NCBI GenBank assembly: GCA_047150005.1
Contig: AP038806.1
Coordinates: 2,720,001 to 2,784,000 of the forward strand
Direction of reading: 5' to 3'
DNA from: Nitrospira sp.
Lineage (GTDB): Bacteria > Nitrospirota > Nitrospiria > Nitrospirales > Nitrospiraceae
Length of the DNA: 64,000 nucleotides
Shown: piece by piece, positions 1 to 9,215 of the stretch
Layout of the letters: every line of letters begins with the position of its first letter
How positions within the stretch are numbered: position 1 is the stretch's first letter
Made by a program: the position numbers and the translations under genes
The notes under the pieces: generated by a model
The model's database searches: none
Told to the model about the DNA's origin: nothing
What the model saw: the letters and a program-made list of their open reading frames with translations, nothing else

Positions 1-833
1 TGAGTCGAGCCGTTTCGTTTGGCGGCCTCCCACAAGCGGTTCATTTCGTCGAACGACAACTCTCCCACGCTTCGTCCGGAGCGGGACGCCTCGCGCTCGA
101 TGAACCGGAAGCGCTCGACGAAGCGGTTGACGGAGAGGCGAAGCGCGTCTTCAGGGTTGACCCTCACGAATCGGGCAAGGTTCACCAGTGAGAACAGGAT
201 GTCGCCGAATTCCGCGACGATCTCCCGCTGTCGGGAAGAGGCCGCTCCGTCCGTAGGCGGCAGGCGCAGGGCCTCGCGCAGCTCCCGGATTTCTTCCTCG
301 ACTTTAGCGAGGACCTGATCGAATCCACTCTGGTCATGGCTCCAGTCGAATCCCACCCTGGAGGCTCGGGCTTGGATCTGATAGGCCCGCAGCAGCGCCG
401 GCAGGGCGACGGGCACGCCGTCCAGCACAGAGTCGGGACGTCCCGCCGCCTGCCGTTCCGCCTTCTTGATGTCCTCCCAGCGGGTCACGACCTGGTCGGC
501 ATTGAGGGGCGTCGTATCGTTCGTTCCTGCGGCGAACACGTGCGGATGCCGTCGAATCAACTTGTCCGCCAGCCGGTCCATGACGTCGTCCAGTGTGAAG
601 GTGCCGTTCTCCGACGCGATCTGGCCATGAAAGAGGATCTGGAGCAGCACGTCGCCCAATTCCTCGGGCAGCTTCGCGCGATCGTGATGATCGATCGCGT
701 CCAGCACTTCGTAGGCTTCTTCGAGCAAGTAGGGCTTGAGGGATTCGTGGGTCTGCTTGCGATCCCACGGACATCCCTCCGGCGCCCGCAGCGCCGCCAT
801 CAGCTCTGCCAATTTGTCGAACCGTTCGGACAT
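1..833 (-). CDS. mazG: Nucleoside triphosphate pyrophosphohydrolase MazG (3' end runs off the window)
   Basis: Not in the ORF track. Manual translation from the ATG at 833 gives MSERFDKLAELMAALRAPEGCPWDRKQTHESLKPYLLEEAYEVLDAID...EELGDVLLQILFH, the classic MazG motifs. Confidence 0.93.
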   Translation of the reverse strand, partial: MSERFDKLAELMAALRAPEGCPWDRKQTHESLKPYLLEEAYEVLDAIDHHDRAKLPEELGDVLLQILFHGQIASENGTFTLDDVMDRLADKLIRRHPHVFAAGTNDTTPLNADQVVTRWEDIKKAERQAAGRPDSVLDGVPVALPALLRAYQIQARASRVGFDWSHDQSGFDQVLAKVEEEIRELREALRLPPTDGAASSRQREIVAEFGDILFSLVNLARFVRVNPEDALRLSVNRFVERFRFIEREASRSGRSVGELSFDEMNRLWEAAKRNGST

Positions 834-980
834 ACTCGGTTTCGCGGTGAGGATAATGCGAGCGACATTATACCCGGTTCCACGGGTGCTTCAATGAGGC
901 GGCGTGCCTTGCGCGCCTTCAGAACCCTATGATAGGGTAACTTCCCGCGCGCGAGCGCGTGAAGCGTGCGAGACTTGCCT

Positions 981-1367
981 ATGGCCACCGAGAAGGAAGA
1001 GGGATTCGTCGTTCGGGATCGCCGGGGGAGCGGATCGACAGAGAAGGCTCCCGCCACGCCGTCTCCCCAGACGGCATCGCCCGGCGAGGTTTTACCGGAT
1101 CCGGAGCAATCGCCCAACATCCCGGTGACGTTCGCATCCTTCGTCATTTCTCTCGGGAGCTCTTCGTTGATGCTCATGGGGGAGAAGTTCGATCCCCAAC
1201 AGCCGGCCATGCCCGTCAACCTGCCTCAGGCCAAGGAAATCATCGATCTCCTGTCGATTCTGGAAGAAAAGACCGCCGGGAACCTCACGACCGAAGAGCA
1301 AGCGGTCTTGCGCGACATGCTCTACGCCCTACGTATGAAGTACGTCAGTCTAAGTGCCGGGAAATAA
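981..1367 (+). CDS. DUF1844-like conserved protein
   Basis: VTFASFVISL...AKEIIDLLSILEEKTAGNLTTEEQAVLRDMLYALRMKYV; ATG at 981 within ORF 966..1367. Confidence 0.8.
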   Translation: MATEKEEGFVVRDRRGSGSTEKAPATPSPQTASPGEVLPDPEQSPNIPVTFASFVISLGSSSLMLMGEKFDPQQPAMPVNLPQAKEIIDLLSILEEKTAGNLTTEEQAVLRDMLYALRMKYVSLSAGK

Positions 1368-1483
1368 TCTTCGTCCAGCATCCTATTTCCGTACCCGCGA
1401 CGTTTTGAGACCAGCGAATAAATCCGCTATAGTAAGCAGTCTTGGCTCTTCGTCCCAGGGACCGCTCTCCTGGGAGGTCGGCG

Positions 1484-3829
1484 ATGAATGACTTTCAAAA
1501 GCAAACCGGATCTCCGATGTGGCCTGTTCCCGAGCGCCCTGAGGCGGCGGAGCTAAGGGTCCGGGAGGATGTTCCCCTTCGGCCGATGGGGGTGACGCAC
1601 GCGGTGCTGGAGCCGGAACGCCGCAAGCGCAGTTTTTTTCGGCCGGTCCGCGTCGTCTTCCTGCTCTTACTGTGCTGCCTCGCGCTGACCTTCTACTACA
1701 CCCAAGTCGTCGTTCCGGGAGGAGAGGACAGTGATTCGTTCATTCCGACGACCAGTTACGCACTGGTTCTGCTCCTGATCAATCTCGATCTGATCGGGGT
1801 GGTCGTTCTCCTCCTGCTCCTGTCCCGCAACCTGATCAAGGCCTACTTCGAGCGGCGGCATCGGCTCATCGGCTCCGGGTTTCGGACCAAGCTCGTGGCG
1901 GCCTTCATCGGCTTCTCGTTGATTCCCACGGTGCTGCTCGCCCTCGTCGCGAGCGGGTTGGTCAATAAGGCGGTGGACGTGTGGTTCAGCGACCAGATCG
2001 ACCGGGTCATGCGCGACTCGTATGAAGTGGCCCGCATGCAGCACGCCGGTCATATTACGCTGGCGGTCAACAGCGCAAGGGCGATCAGTCATGAAATCTT
2101 CCGCGAAGACCTCCTGTTGCCGACGCAGCGGGACATTCTGATCTCGGCCATGGCGCGCAAGCGGGTGGAATTCGGCGTGGCGGGCATCGAAGTCTATTCG
2201 GCCAAGATGGAGACCCTCACAAAGTCGCTGGATCCGGAGGTGCCGGCCGGGGTCCTGGACCTTCCGGTGGGCCAGTTGGTGCTCCAGGCGATCAACGGCA
2301 AGCAGGAGACCAATACGGTTCAGGAAGCGCAAACGGGACGGCTGGTCCGGGCCGCGGCTCCCATCGCCGCCAGCGGCCGCGGCGGCGAGGTCGGCGGCGT
2401 CGTGCTCGTCGATGCCTACGTTCCCGAATCGCTGCTGGCGAAAATGGACGGGATCGGGCGGCAGTACGAGGAATACAAGCAGATCAAGGCGATGAAGAAT
2501 CCGATCAAAGCCGGCGCCTATTTGTTCGTGGCGGTGATCACGGTCCTGATTCTCTTCGGCGCGACCTGGTTCGGCTTTTACGTGGCGCGGAGCATCACCG
2601 TGCCGATCCAGCGGTTAGCCGAGGCCACGGAAGCCATCGCTCAAGGGGATCTGTCGGTGCGGATCGACGCCAAGGCCACGGATGAAATCGGCACGCTCAT
2701 CGAGTCATTCAACCGTATGACCACGGACCTCCAGAGCGGCAAATCCGCGATCGAAGCCGCCAACGTCTCGCTGCTACAGAACAACCTCGAGCTGGACCGG
2801 CGTCGCGCCTACATCGAAACGATCGTTGCGACCATCGCGGCGGGACTTCTGTCGATCGGGAGGAACGGGATCATCATGAATTTCAACCCGTCGGGCGAGA
2901 GGATCCTGGGGATCTCGGCCGACCGGTTCCACGGCCGGTCCGCGAACGACGTGTTCAAGGAGTTCGGACTCACCCTGTTTCAGACCCTCTATGACCGCAT
3001 GCTGGTGGATCAACGGGACGACCTGACGATGGACGGGACGGTGGAGGTCGAGGGCAAGTTCCTGACGATCGCGCTGCACGGCTCCAGGATGAAGGACGAA
3101 ATGAATCAGGACTTGGGCATCGTCTTGGTGTTCGAGGATCTGACGGAGTTGCTGAAGGCGCAAAAGGTGGCGGCGTGGCAGGAGGTCGCGCGACGAGTGG
3201 CCCATGAAATCAAGAATCCGCTGACCCCGATCCAGCTGTCGGCCCAACGCATGCGGAAGAAGTTTTTCGAGAAGGCCTCGGATTTCGAACGCGTGTTCGA
3301 TGAATCGACGAACGTCATCGTCAATGAGGTCACCAGCCTGAAGCACATGGTCGATGAGTTTTCCAAGTTCGCCAGACTTCCCGCACCGCAGCTGGTGCAG
3401 CAGTCGCTGCACGACGTGATCAACGAAGTGGTCGCCCTGTACCGAGGCGCCCACAGGGACGTTGACGTGATCGTCTCACTGGACGAGGATCTGCCTCCGT
3501 TGAAGTTCGATTGGGAACAGATCAAACGGGTGCTGGTGAATCTGCTCGACAATTCCATCCAGGCGATGAGTCAGAAAGGTCGGGTGTGGCTCACCACCCA
3601 GTACGATACGAAACGGCGTCGCGCCGTGGTCAGCATCGCCGACGAGGGGACCGGCATCGCCTTGGAAGACCAGGAAAAGCTGTTCGTGCCCTATTTCACG
3701 AGAAAGAAAACCGGAACCGGGCTGGGATTGGCCATCGTCCGCCGCATCATCACGGACCACGAAGGACATATCCAGGCCGGCAACAATCATCCCAAAGGCG
3801 CGATCTTTACGTTTGAATTGCCGGTATGA
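1484..3829 (+). CDS. ntrY: NtrY-like HAMP/PAS sensor histidine kinase
   Basis: N-terminal TM helices, HAMP (PIQRLAEATEAIAQGDL), H-box AWQEVARRVAHEIKNPLTPIQLSA, G-box GTGLGLAIV; GGAGG RBS before ATG 1484. Confidence 0.88.
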   Translation: MNDFQKQTGSPMWPVPERPEAAELRVREDVPLRPMGVTHAVLEPERRKRSFFRPVRVVFLLLLCCLALTFYYTQVVVPGGEDSDSFIPTTSYALVLLLINLDLIGVVVLLLLLSRNLIKAYFERRHRLIGSGFRTKLVAAFIGFSLIPTVLLALVASGLVNKAVDVWFSDQIDRVMRDSYEVARMQHAGHITLAVNSARAISHEIFREDLLLPTQRDILISAMARKRVEFGVAGIEVYSAKMETLTKSLDPEVPAGVLDLPVGQLVLQAINGKQETNTVQEAQTGRLVRAAAPIAASGRGGEVGGVVLVDAYVPESLLAKMDGIGRQYEEYKQIKAMKNPIKAGAYLFVAVITVLILFGATWFGFYVARSITVPIQRLAEATEAIAQGDLSVRIDAKATDEIGTLIESFNRMTTDLQSGKSAIEAANVSLLQNNLELDRRRAYIETIVATIAAGLLSIGRNGIIMNFNPSGERILGISADRFHGRSANDVFKEFGLTLFQTLYDRMLVDQRDDLTMDGTVEVEGKFLTIALHGSRMKDEMNQDLGIVLVFEDLTELLKAQKVAAWQEVARRVAHEIKNPLTPIQLSAQRMRKKFFEKASDFERVFDESTNVIVNEVTSLKHMVDEFSKFARLPAPQLVQQSLHDVINEVVALYRGAHRDVDVIVSLDEDLPPLKFDWEQIKRVLVNLLDNSIQAMSQKGRVWLTTQYDTKRRRAVVSIADEGTGIALEDQEKLFVPYFTRKKTGTGLGLAIVRRIITDHEGHIQAGNNHPKGAIFTFELPV

Positions 3830-3870
3830 TCGGTGAGGGGTAAGGGGTAGAAGTGAGGGGGTAGGAGGTT

Positions 3871-5280
3871 ATGTCAGCTTCGATTTTAGTGGTGGACGAC
3901 GAGGAAGCGATTCTGTCATCCCTCAGCAGCATCCTGCTGGATGAAGGCTACGAGGTGGCGGCGGTGAAAAGCGGCGGAGAGGCGTTGAGGATCTTCACGA
4001 CGGATCCGCCCGACCTCATGCTGCTCGATATCTGGATGCCCGAAATGGACGGGCTGGAAACCTTGAAGCGCGTGCGTGAGTTGGTGCCCACGGCCCAGGT
4101 GATGATGATGTCGGGCCACGGGTCGATCGAGACGGCCGTCAAAGCCATCAAGCTCGGAGCGTACGACTACATCGAGAAGCCGCTGTCGCTCGAGAACGTC
4201 ACGCTTCGCGTCAAACACGCGCTCGATCAGCACCGGCTGGAGCAGGAGAACCGATCCCTGCGCACGAAAGTGCAGCGGCGGTTCGAGCTCGTGGGACAGT
4301 CGCCGGCTATGAAACAACTTCATCAATTGATCGAGACCGCCGGGCCGACCAATAGCCGGGTCTTGATCGGCGGGGAGAATGGAACGGGCAAGGAACTGGT
4401 GGCGCGGGGAATCCACCAACACAGCGCGCGCGCCGATCGACCCTTCGTCGCCGTCAATTGCGCCGCCATTCCTGAAACGCTGATCGAGAGCGAGCTGTTC
4501 GGCCACGAAAAAGGCTCCTTCAGCGGCGCGACCTCGATGAAACGGGGGCAGTTCGAGCAGGCGGACGGCGGAACGCTGTTCTTGGACGAGATCGGCGACA
4601 TGAGTCTGAGCACGCAGGCCAAGGTGTTGCGTGCCTTGCAGGAACAGCAGTTCAACCGGGTGGGCGGCACGAAGTTGATGAAGGTCGACGTCCGCGTCCT
4701 CGCCGCGTCGAACAAAGATCTCCTAAAAGAGATCGAGAAGGGGGCCTTTCGGGAAGACCTCTTTTATCGGCTGAACGTGGTGCCGATCGTGGTGCCGCCC
4801 CTGCGCGAGCGCCGAGAAGATATTCCGTTGCTGATCCGGCATTTTCTCAAGTTGCACGGGGAGGAGCAGGGCCTGCGGATGAAAGAGATCACCCCGGACG
4901 CGATGGCGGTGTTTGAGCAGTACGAATGGCCGGGAAACATTCGGGAGCTGGGCAACCTGGTCGAGCGGTTGATGATCATCGTGCCGGGAGCGACGATCGA
5001 TGCGGCGCAGGCCACGATGGCCCTGCAGGTGCGTCCCTCAGGCCTCGCCGTTCCGGCCGCTCCGGTCGCTGCGGGCTCGTCGGCCGTGAGCGTGTTGTTT
5101 GGGCAGCCGTTCGATTCGCTCCGCGACGCCCGCAACGCGTTTGAAAAGGAGTACATCGGGCGTAAGCTGCGGGAGCATCACTGGAACATCTCGCGCACGG
5201 CCGAAGACCTGAAGATCGAACGGAGTCATCTGCATCGCAAGATCAAGCTGCTGGACGTGGAAATGCGACCAGAAAGCTGA
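3871..5280 (+). CDS. ntrX: NtrX/NtrC-like sigma-54-dependent response regulator
   Basis: REC domain, AAA+ (GENGTGKE, ESELFGHEKGSFSGA, LFLDEIGD), C-terminal Fis-type HTH; directly follows ntrY. Confidence 0.88.
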   Translation: MSASILVVDDEEAILSSLSSILLDEGYEVAAVKSGGEALRIFTTDPPDLMLLDIWMPEMDGLETLKRVRELVPTAQVMMMSGHGSIETAVKAIKLGAYDYIEKPLSLENVTLRVKHALDQHRLEQENRSLRTKVQRRFELVGQSPAMKQLHQLIETAGPTNSRVLIGGENGTGKELVARGIHQHSARADRPFVAVNCAAIPETLIESELFGHEKGSFSGATSMKRGQFEQADGGTLFLDEIGDMSLSTQAKVLRALQEQQFNRVGGTKLMKVDVRVLAASNKDLLKEIEKGAFREDLFYRLNVVPIVVPPLRERREDIPLLIRHFLKLHGEEQGLRMKEITPDAMAVFEQYEWPGNIRELGNLVERLMIIVPGATIDAAQATMALQVRPSGLAVPAAPVAAGSSAVSVLFGQPFDSLRDARNAFEKEYIGRKLREHHWNISRTAEDLKIERSHLHRKIKLLDVEMRPES

Positions 5281-5296
5281 GCGGCCTCGCTTAAGC

Positions 5297-5449
5297 CAGA
5301 GCCTAGTTGGTCCGCTGTAAGCCTCGCCTCCGATTCGCTGTGGAACTCGCTGTGTTGGTCGCGGCACGCGAACACAGCTTCGAACAGTCCTCGCGCCGGC
5401 CTTCGGCCGCCGCTCCGGCTCGGCAACATCGGAGCACAACTAGGCTCTG
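5297..5449. repeat. 153-bp MITE/REP-like element with 13-bp perfect terminal inverted repeats
   Basis: CAGAGCCTAGTTG (5297-5309) and CAACTAGGCTCTG (5437-5449) are exact reverse complements; imperfect pairing continues inward. Confidence 0.6.
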
Positions 5450-5636
5450 ATGCTCGCTCCGGCGCTCAGTCTTCCATCGGTGGTTGGGGGACTGGTTGAC
5501 CACGCTCGGTCTTTCGCGACGCACATCAGTCTGGATCACCGACAAAGTCATTCCTACACCGCCCTGACGGATTAAGGCGGACAAGAAAATACGTGCATTT
5601 TCATGGACCTCCTTCACCGGACAGAGGAAGTGAAAT

Positions 5637-5664
5637 TTGACGAAACTTGCAAACTGAGTAGAAT
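5637..5664 (+). promoter_or_regulatory. Putative sigma-70 promoter for the membrane protein/caspase-FGE pair
   Basis: TTGACG (5637-42), 16-nt spacer, TAGAAT (5659-64); implies the start at ATG 5705 rather than 5603. Confidence 0.5.
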
Positions 5665-5704
5665 AGCGCCGGCCGTACCCTCATACCGCAAGGTGCCGCC
5701 GACC

Positions 5705-6172
5705 ATGTCGCCGATCTTCACCTACATCATTCTGGCAAGCATGGGAGGAGCGCTCTTGGCTTTCCTCATGGAATTCGCCCAGTCCAGGCAACTGAAACCC
5801 TTGCTGGCTCAGTGTGGAGTGTTGCTGGCCGCGTTCTTGGTGCTCAACGCCACGACGGGGTTTCCTCACCCATTGGGACGCCAGTCCTTCGGCGGTACCT
5901 CGCCGCTGGGGGCCATCGGTATCATGTTCGTCTGCGTGATGTTTGGAATGATGGCCAGGTATGTCTTCTACCTCAAGAAAGGCTTCTCGTGGCTGTCGTT
6001 GCTCAAACCGCTTTGCATCTCGCCGATTGTGTTGCTTCCACTGATCGGTTCAATCGAATCCAATCAGGAACTTCAGTCGATCCAGCTTATTTCATTCGCG
6101 TTCTTGGCCTTCCAGAACGGCTTCTTCTGGCCCATGGTGCTCGAACATGAAAAAGCGAAGAGCCAAACTTGA
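5705..6172 (+). CDS. Hypothetical multi-pass membrane protein
   Basis: About 5 hydrophobic segments in 155 aa; overlaps the next gene by 26 nt. Confidence 0.75.
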   Translation: MSPIFTYIILASMGGALLAFLMEFAQSRQLKPLLAQCGVLLAAFLVLNATTGFPHPLGRQSFGGTSPLGAIGIMFVCVMFGMMARYVFYLKKGFSWLSLLKPLCISPIVLLPLIGSIESNQELQSIQLISFAFLAFQNGFFWPMVLEHEKAKSQT

Positions 6173-7904
6173 GGTCGCGCTTGCGGCCATCCCGTTCCTC
6201 CTCGCCATGACCATGCCCCCGGTCCTTCACGCCACGGAGCCGCCACCTGCAGAACCGGAGTACCGAAAATTCTTTGCCCATTTTGTCGATAAGCGGTCAT
6301 ACAAGGAAAAAGTCCTGAACCTCATCGGTCTCACCAAAGACGATGTAGGGAGGAGCTTTGCCCTGATCGCAGGCGTGTCCGACTATCCGAGGATGCCCCC
6401 GCTGCAGAAAGAGTTGGCGCCCGCGGCGGAAGATCTTCGGAAAGTGGAAGACTACTTGAAGAATGTCGAATTCTTCGACGAGATTGTCGTCCTGCGCAAC
6501 CAGGAGGTATCGCTGGAGAACTTCCGCTATTTCCTGCAAAGCTACTTTCCCCAACGGCTCAAGAACTTCCCGAAATCAAGATTCCTGTTCGTCTATAGCG
6601 GCCATGGGTTCAACGAAGGTCAGAGGAGCTATCTGGTCGAAAGCAACGCGCGCAATCTGCGGGATCGCGAGCACAGCATCAACCTCGGGCATGTGAAGGA
6701 ATGGATCGACGAGGTGGTAGACGCCGGGCACCATGTGTTGGTGCTCTTGAATGCCTGCTACAGCGGTGCGTTCCTCAAACGCGGGTTTGGCGAGGGTAGT
6801 CATTATGTTCCGAAATACGCCGGAGCCCATGCGATCACCGCCGGTGGAACGAAAGAACAAGCCTGGCATGATCCATCCATTGGGGACGGCAGTATTTTCT
6901 TTGAAAAGCTCTTTGCGGGATTGGAGGGGCGAGCAGACACATTGCCCCGCGATGGGGTTGTCACTGTGGACGAGATTGCCACCTACCTGAAGTATGAAGT
7001 CACCATCTCGACCGATCAAACCCAGAATCCCCAGTTCGGGGATATCTCCAAGAACGGCAGTTTAGGAGGCTTTTTCTTTCTGAATCGGCTCAAGCCGGTC
7101 GAGGCCGGGGTCATGACGGCATGGAATCCATCTAAAAGCCTGGCGTTCGGTGCACATGCGGGCCAGTCTACCCAAGAGGCTGGTGCGGGTGGGATGCAGC
7201 AGGCCAGGTTACCAAGTGCTGGGGTGCCTGGACGGTTGGAGTCAGCCTTCACCGGCAAGGACGGCGCGCCGATGGTGCTGATACCGGAAGGGGAGTTCCT
7301 CATGGGAAGCAATGATGGCGATGCTGACGAGAATCCGGAGCGTCGCGTCAATGTCAATGCTTTTTACATGGATAAATACGAAGTAAGCACGAGACTCTAT
7401 TCCCAATTCCTGCAGACGACGAGCCGGAAGCAGCCCGATGACTGGTCTCAGCAGGTGGCGTTGGTCGGGAGTGGAGATCGCCCGGTGGTGCAAGTGAGCT
7501 GGCACGATGCGGATGACTACTGCAAGAGTTACGGCAAACGGTTGCCGACCGAGCAGGAGTGGGAGAAGGCGGCCCGCGGCACCGACGGCCGGAGGTACCC
7601 TTGGGGTAACGAGGAACCCACCAGTCGGCATGCGTTGTTTGACACGCACTGGAATGGCTATGGGACCTTGGCGGTGATCGGGAGCTATGAGGCGGGCATG
7701 AGTCCGTATGGGGTTCATGACCTGGCCGGGAACGTGTGGGAGTGGACGAGTTCGGATTATGACCAGAGCAGAAAGGTGTTCCGCGGTGGGTCGTGGGGGA
7801 TCCTTGTCGCAGGCGGGTTGCGTGCCACGTTCCGGGACTGGTACACCCCGATGCTCAGGAGCCTCGCCGGCGGGTTCCGGTGTGCCCAGGACGTTCCGAA
7901 GTAA
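6147..7904 (+). CDS. Secreted caspase-like (peptidase C14) + FGE-sulfatase/SUMF1 (CLec-fold) domain protein
   Basis: Signal-peptide-like N-terminus; FALIAGVSDY, FLFVYSGHG (His) and LVLLNACYSG (Cys) form the caspase dyad; C-terminal RLPTEQEWEKAARG, DLAGNVWEW, RGGSW, GFRCA. Confidence 0.88.
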   Translation: MKKRRAKLEVALAAIPFLLAMTMPPVLHATEPPPAEPEYRKFFAHFVDKRSYKEKVLNLIGLTKDDVGRSFALIAGVSDYPRMPPLQKELAPAAEDLRKVEDYLKNVEFFDEIVVLRNQEVSLENFRYFLQSYFPQRLKNFPKSRFLFVYSGHGFNEGQRSYLVESNARNLRDREHSINLGHVKEWIDEVVDAGHHVLVLLNACYSGAFLKRGFGEGSHYVPKYAGAHAITAGGTKEQAWHDPSIGDGSIFFEKLFAGLEGRADTLPRDGVVTVDEIATYLKYEVTISTDQTQNPQFGDISKNGSLGGFFFLNRLKPVEAGVMTAWNPSKSLAFGAHAGQSTQEAGAGGMQQARLPSAGVPGRLESAFTGKDGAPMVLIPEGEFLMGSNDGDADENPERRVNVNAFYMDKYEVSTRLYSQFLQTTSRKQPDDWSQQVALVGSGDRPVVQVSWHDADDYCKSYGKRLPTEQEWEKAARGTDGRRYPWGNEEPTSRHALFDTHWNGYGTLAVIGSYEAGMSPYGVHDLAGNVWEWTSSDYDQSRKVFRGGSWGILVAGGLRATFRDWYTPMLRSLAGGFRCAQDVPK

Positions 7905-7933
7905 CCCTTTACTCTGTGACCCTGTTACCTTTT
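7904..7933 (+). repeat. Short pyrimidine-rich tandem repeat after the FGE-domain stop codon
   Basis: ACCCTTT-ACTCTGTG-ACCCTGTT-ACCTTTT, followed by a GC-rich structured stretch (about 7945-8065). Confidence 0.5.
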
Positions 7934-8177
7934 CTCTTTCGGGTGGTGCGGCGATCGGGCGCCCCGGCGCGCGCAGCGGAAGGGGTTCCCCACGGAGGGA
8001 TGGGTGGAGCGAGCACGGTGGGGCTGTCGCCGTGCCAGGACCCGCTGAGACGGACCTCGGCTGAGGAATTATTTTCGGATTGAGGTTTAAGTTGTGGGCC
8101 AAGGAGACGTTCTCTTCACGATGGGCGAAAGGCGATTGACCAATCAGGCTGCTCCACTCTAAGATGCGCGTCCTACC

Positions 8178-9215
8178 ATGACCACCTACCGCGATGCCGG
8201 AGTCGATATCGATGCAGGCGACGAATTCGTCGACCGCATCAAGCCGCTGGTTCGCTCGACCTTCCGTCCCGAAGTGCTGACGGATCTCGGAGGCTTCGGC
8301 GGCCTGTTTCGGTTCCAGGCCAATAAGTACACGGATCCCGTCCTGGTGTCCGGAACCGACGGGGTCGGAACCAAGCTCAAGATCGCGTTCCTGATGGATA
8401 AGCATGACACGGTCGGCATCGATTTGGTCGCGATGTGCGTCAACGACGTGGCGGTCAGCGGCGCGGAGCCTCTGTTCTTTCTTGACTATTTCGCCTCCGG
8501 CAAACTGGCTCTGGCCAAAGCTCAGCATGTGATCGAAGGCATTGCGGAGGGCTGTCGGCAGGCTGGGTGCGCGTTGATCGGCGGCGAAACGGCGGAGATG
8601 CCGTCGTTTTATCCGGATGGGGAGTACGATTTGGCGGGATTCGCCGTCGGGGTGGTCGACAGACCCAAGCTCATCGACGGAAAGTCCATCCTTCCCGGCG
8701 ATGTCGTGATCGGCTTGGCGTCCACCGGTCTGCACAGTAACGGATATTCCCTGGTGCGGCGAATCCTCTTCGACAAGGCAAAGCTGACCGTCGACAGTCG
8801 AGTGGCCGAGTTGGATCATCCGCTTGGAGAGGTTTTGCTGACGCCGACCAGGATTTATGCCAAGCAGGTTCTGACGCTCGCGTCGGAACAGCCGGTGAAA
8901 GGGATCGTGCATGTCACCGGCGGCGGTATCACGGAAAACCTGCCGCGGGTGCTGCCGGACGGGATGCGAGCGCGGATTTATCGGAAGAGCTGGCCGGTCC
9001 CGCCTGTATTCGATCTCCTGAAGCGCCTCGGCCAGGTGGATCGGGAAGAAATGTATCGGGTGTTCAACATGGGGATCGGACTCATTCTGGTGGCGCCGGC
9101 CTCTTCGGCACCCGCCCTGGTGAAACGCGCCTCCGTGCTGGGGGATCGGGGATGGGTGATCGGCGAGATCGTCGGCGCAAATCCGGGAGAGCCGCAGGTC
9201 GAATATGCCGACTAA
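8178..9215 (+). CDS. purM: Phosphoribosylformylglycinamidine cyclo-ligase
   Basis: YRDAGVDID, SGTDGVGTK, GGETAEMP, STGLHSNGYS, HVTGGG, FNMGIG. Confidence 0.97.
   Translation: MTTYRDAGVDIDAGDEFVDRIKPLVRSTFRPEVLTDLGGFGGLFRFQANKYTDPVLVSGTDGVGTKLKIAFLMDKHDTVGIDLVAMCVNDVAVSGAEPLFFLDYFASGKLALAKAQHVIEGIAEGCRQAGCALIGGETAEMPSFYPDGEYDLAGFAVGVVDRPKLIDGKSILPGDVVIGLASTGLHSNGYSLVRRILFDKAKLTVDSRVAELDHPLGEVLLTPTRIYAKQVLTLASEQPVKGIVHVTGGGITENLPRVLPDGMRARIYRKSWPVPPVFDLLKRLGQVDREEMYRVFNMGIGLILVAPASSAPALVKRASVLGDRGWVIGEIVGANPGEPQVEYAD

Noticed and set aside
336..932. 198-aa plus-strand ORF and others over 1-833
   Set aside because: Antisense to the clearly recognisable mazG on the minus strand.
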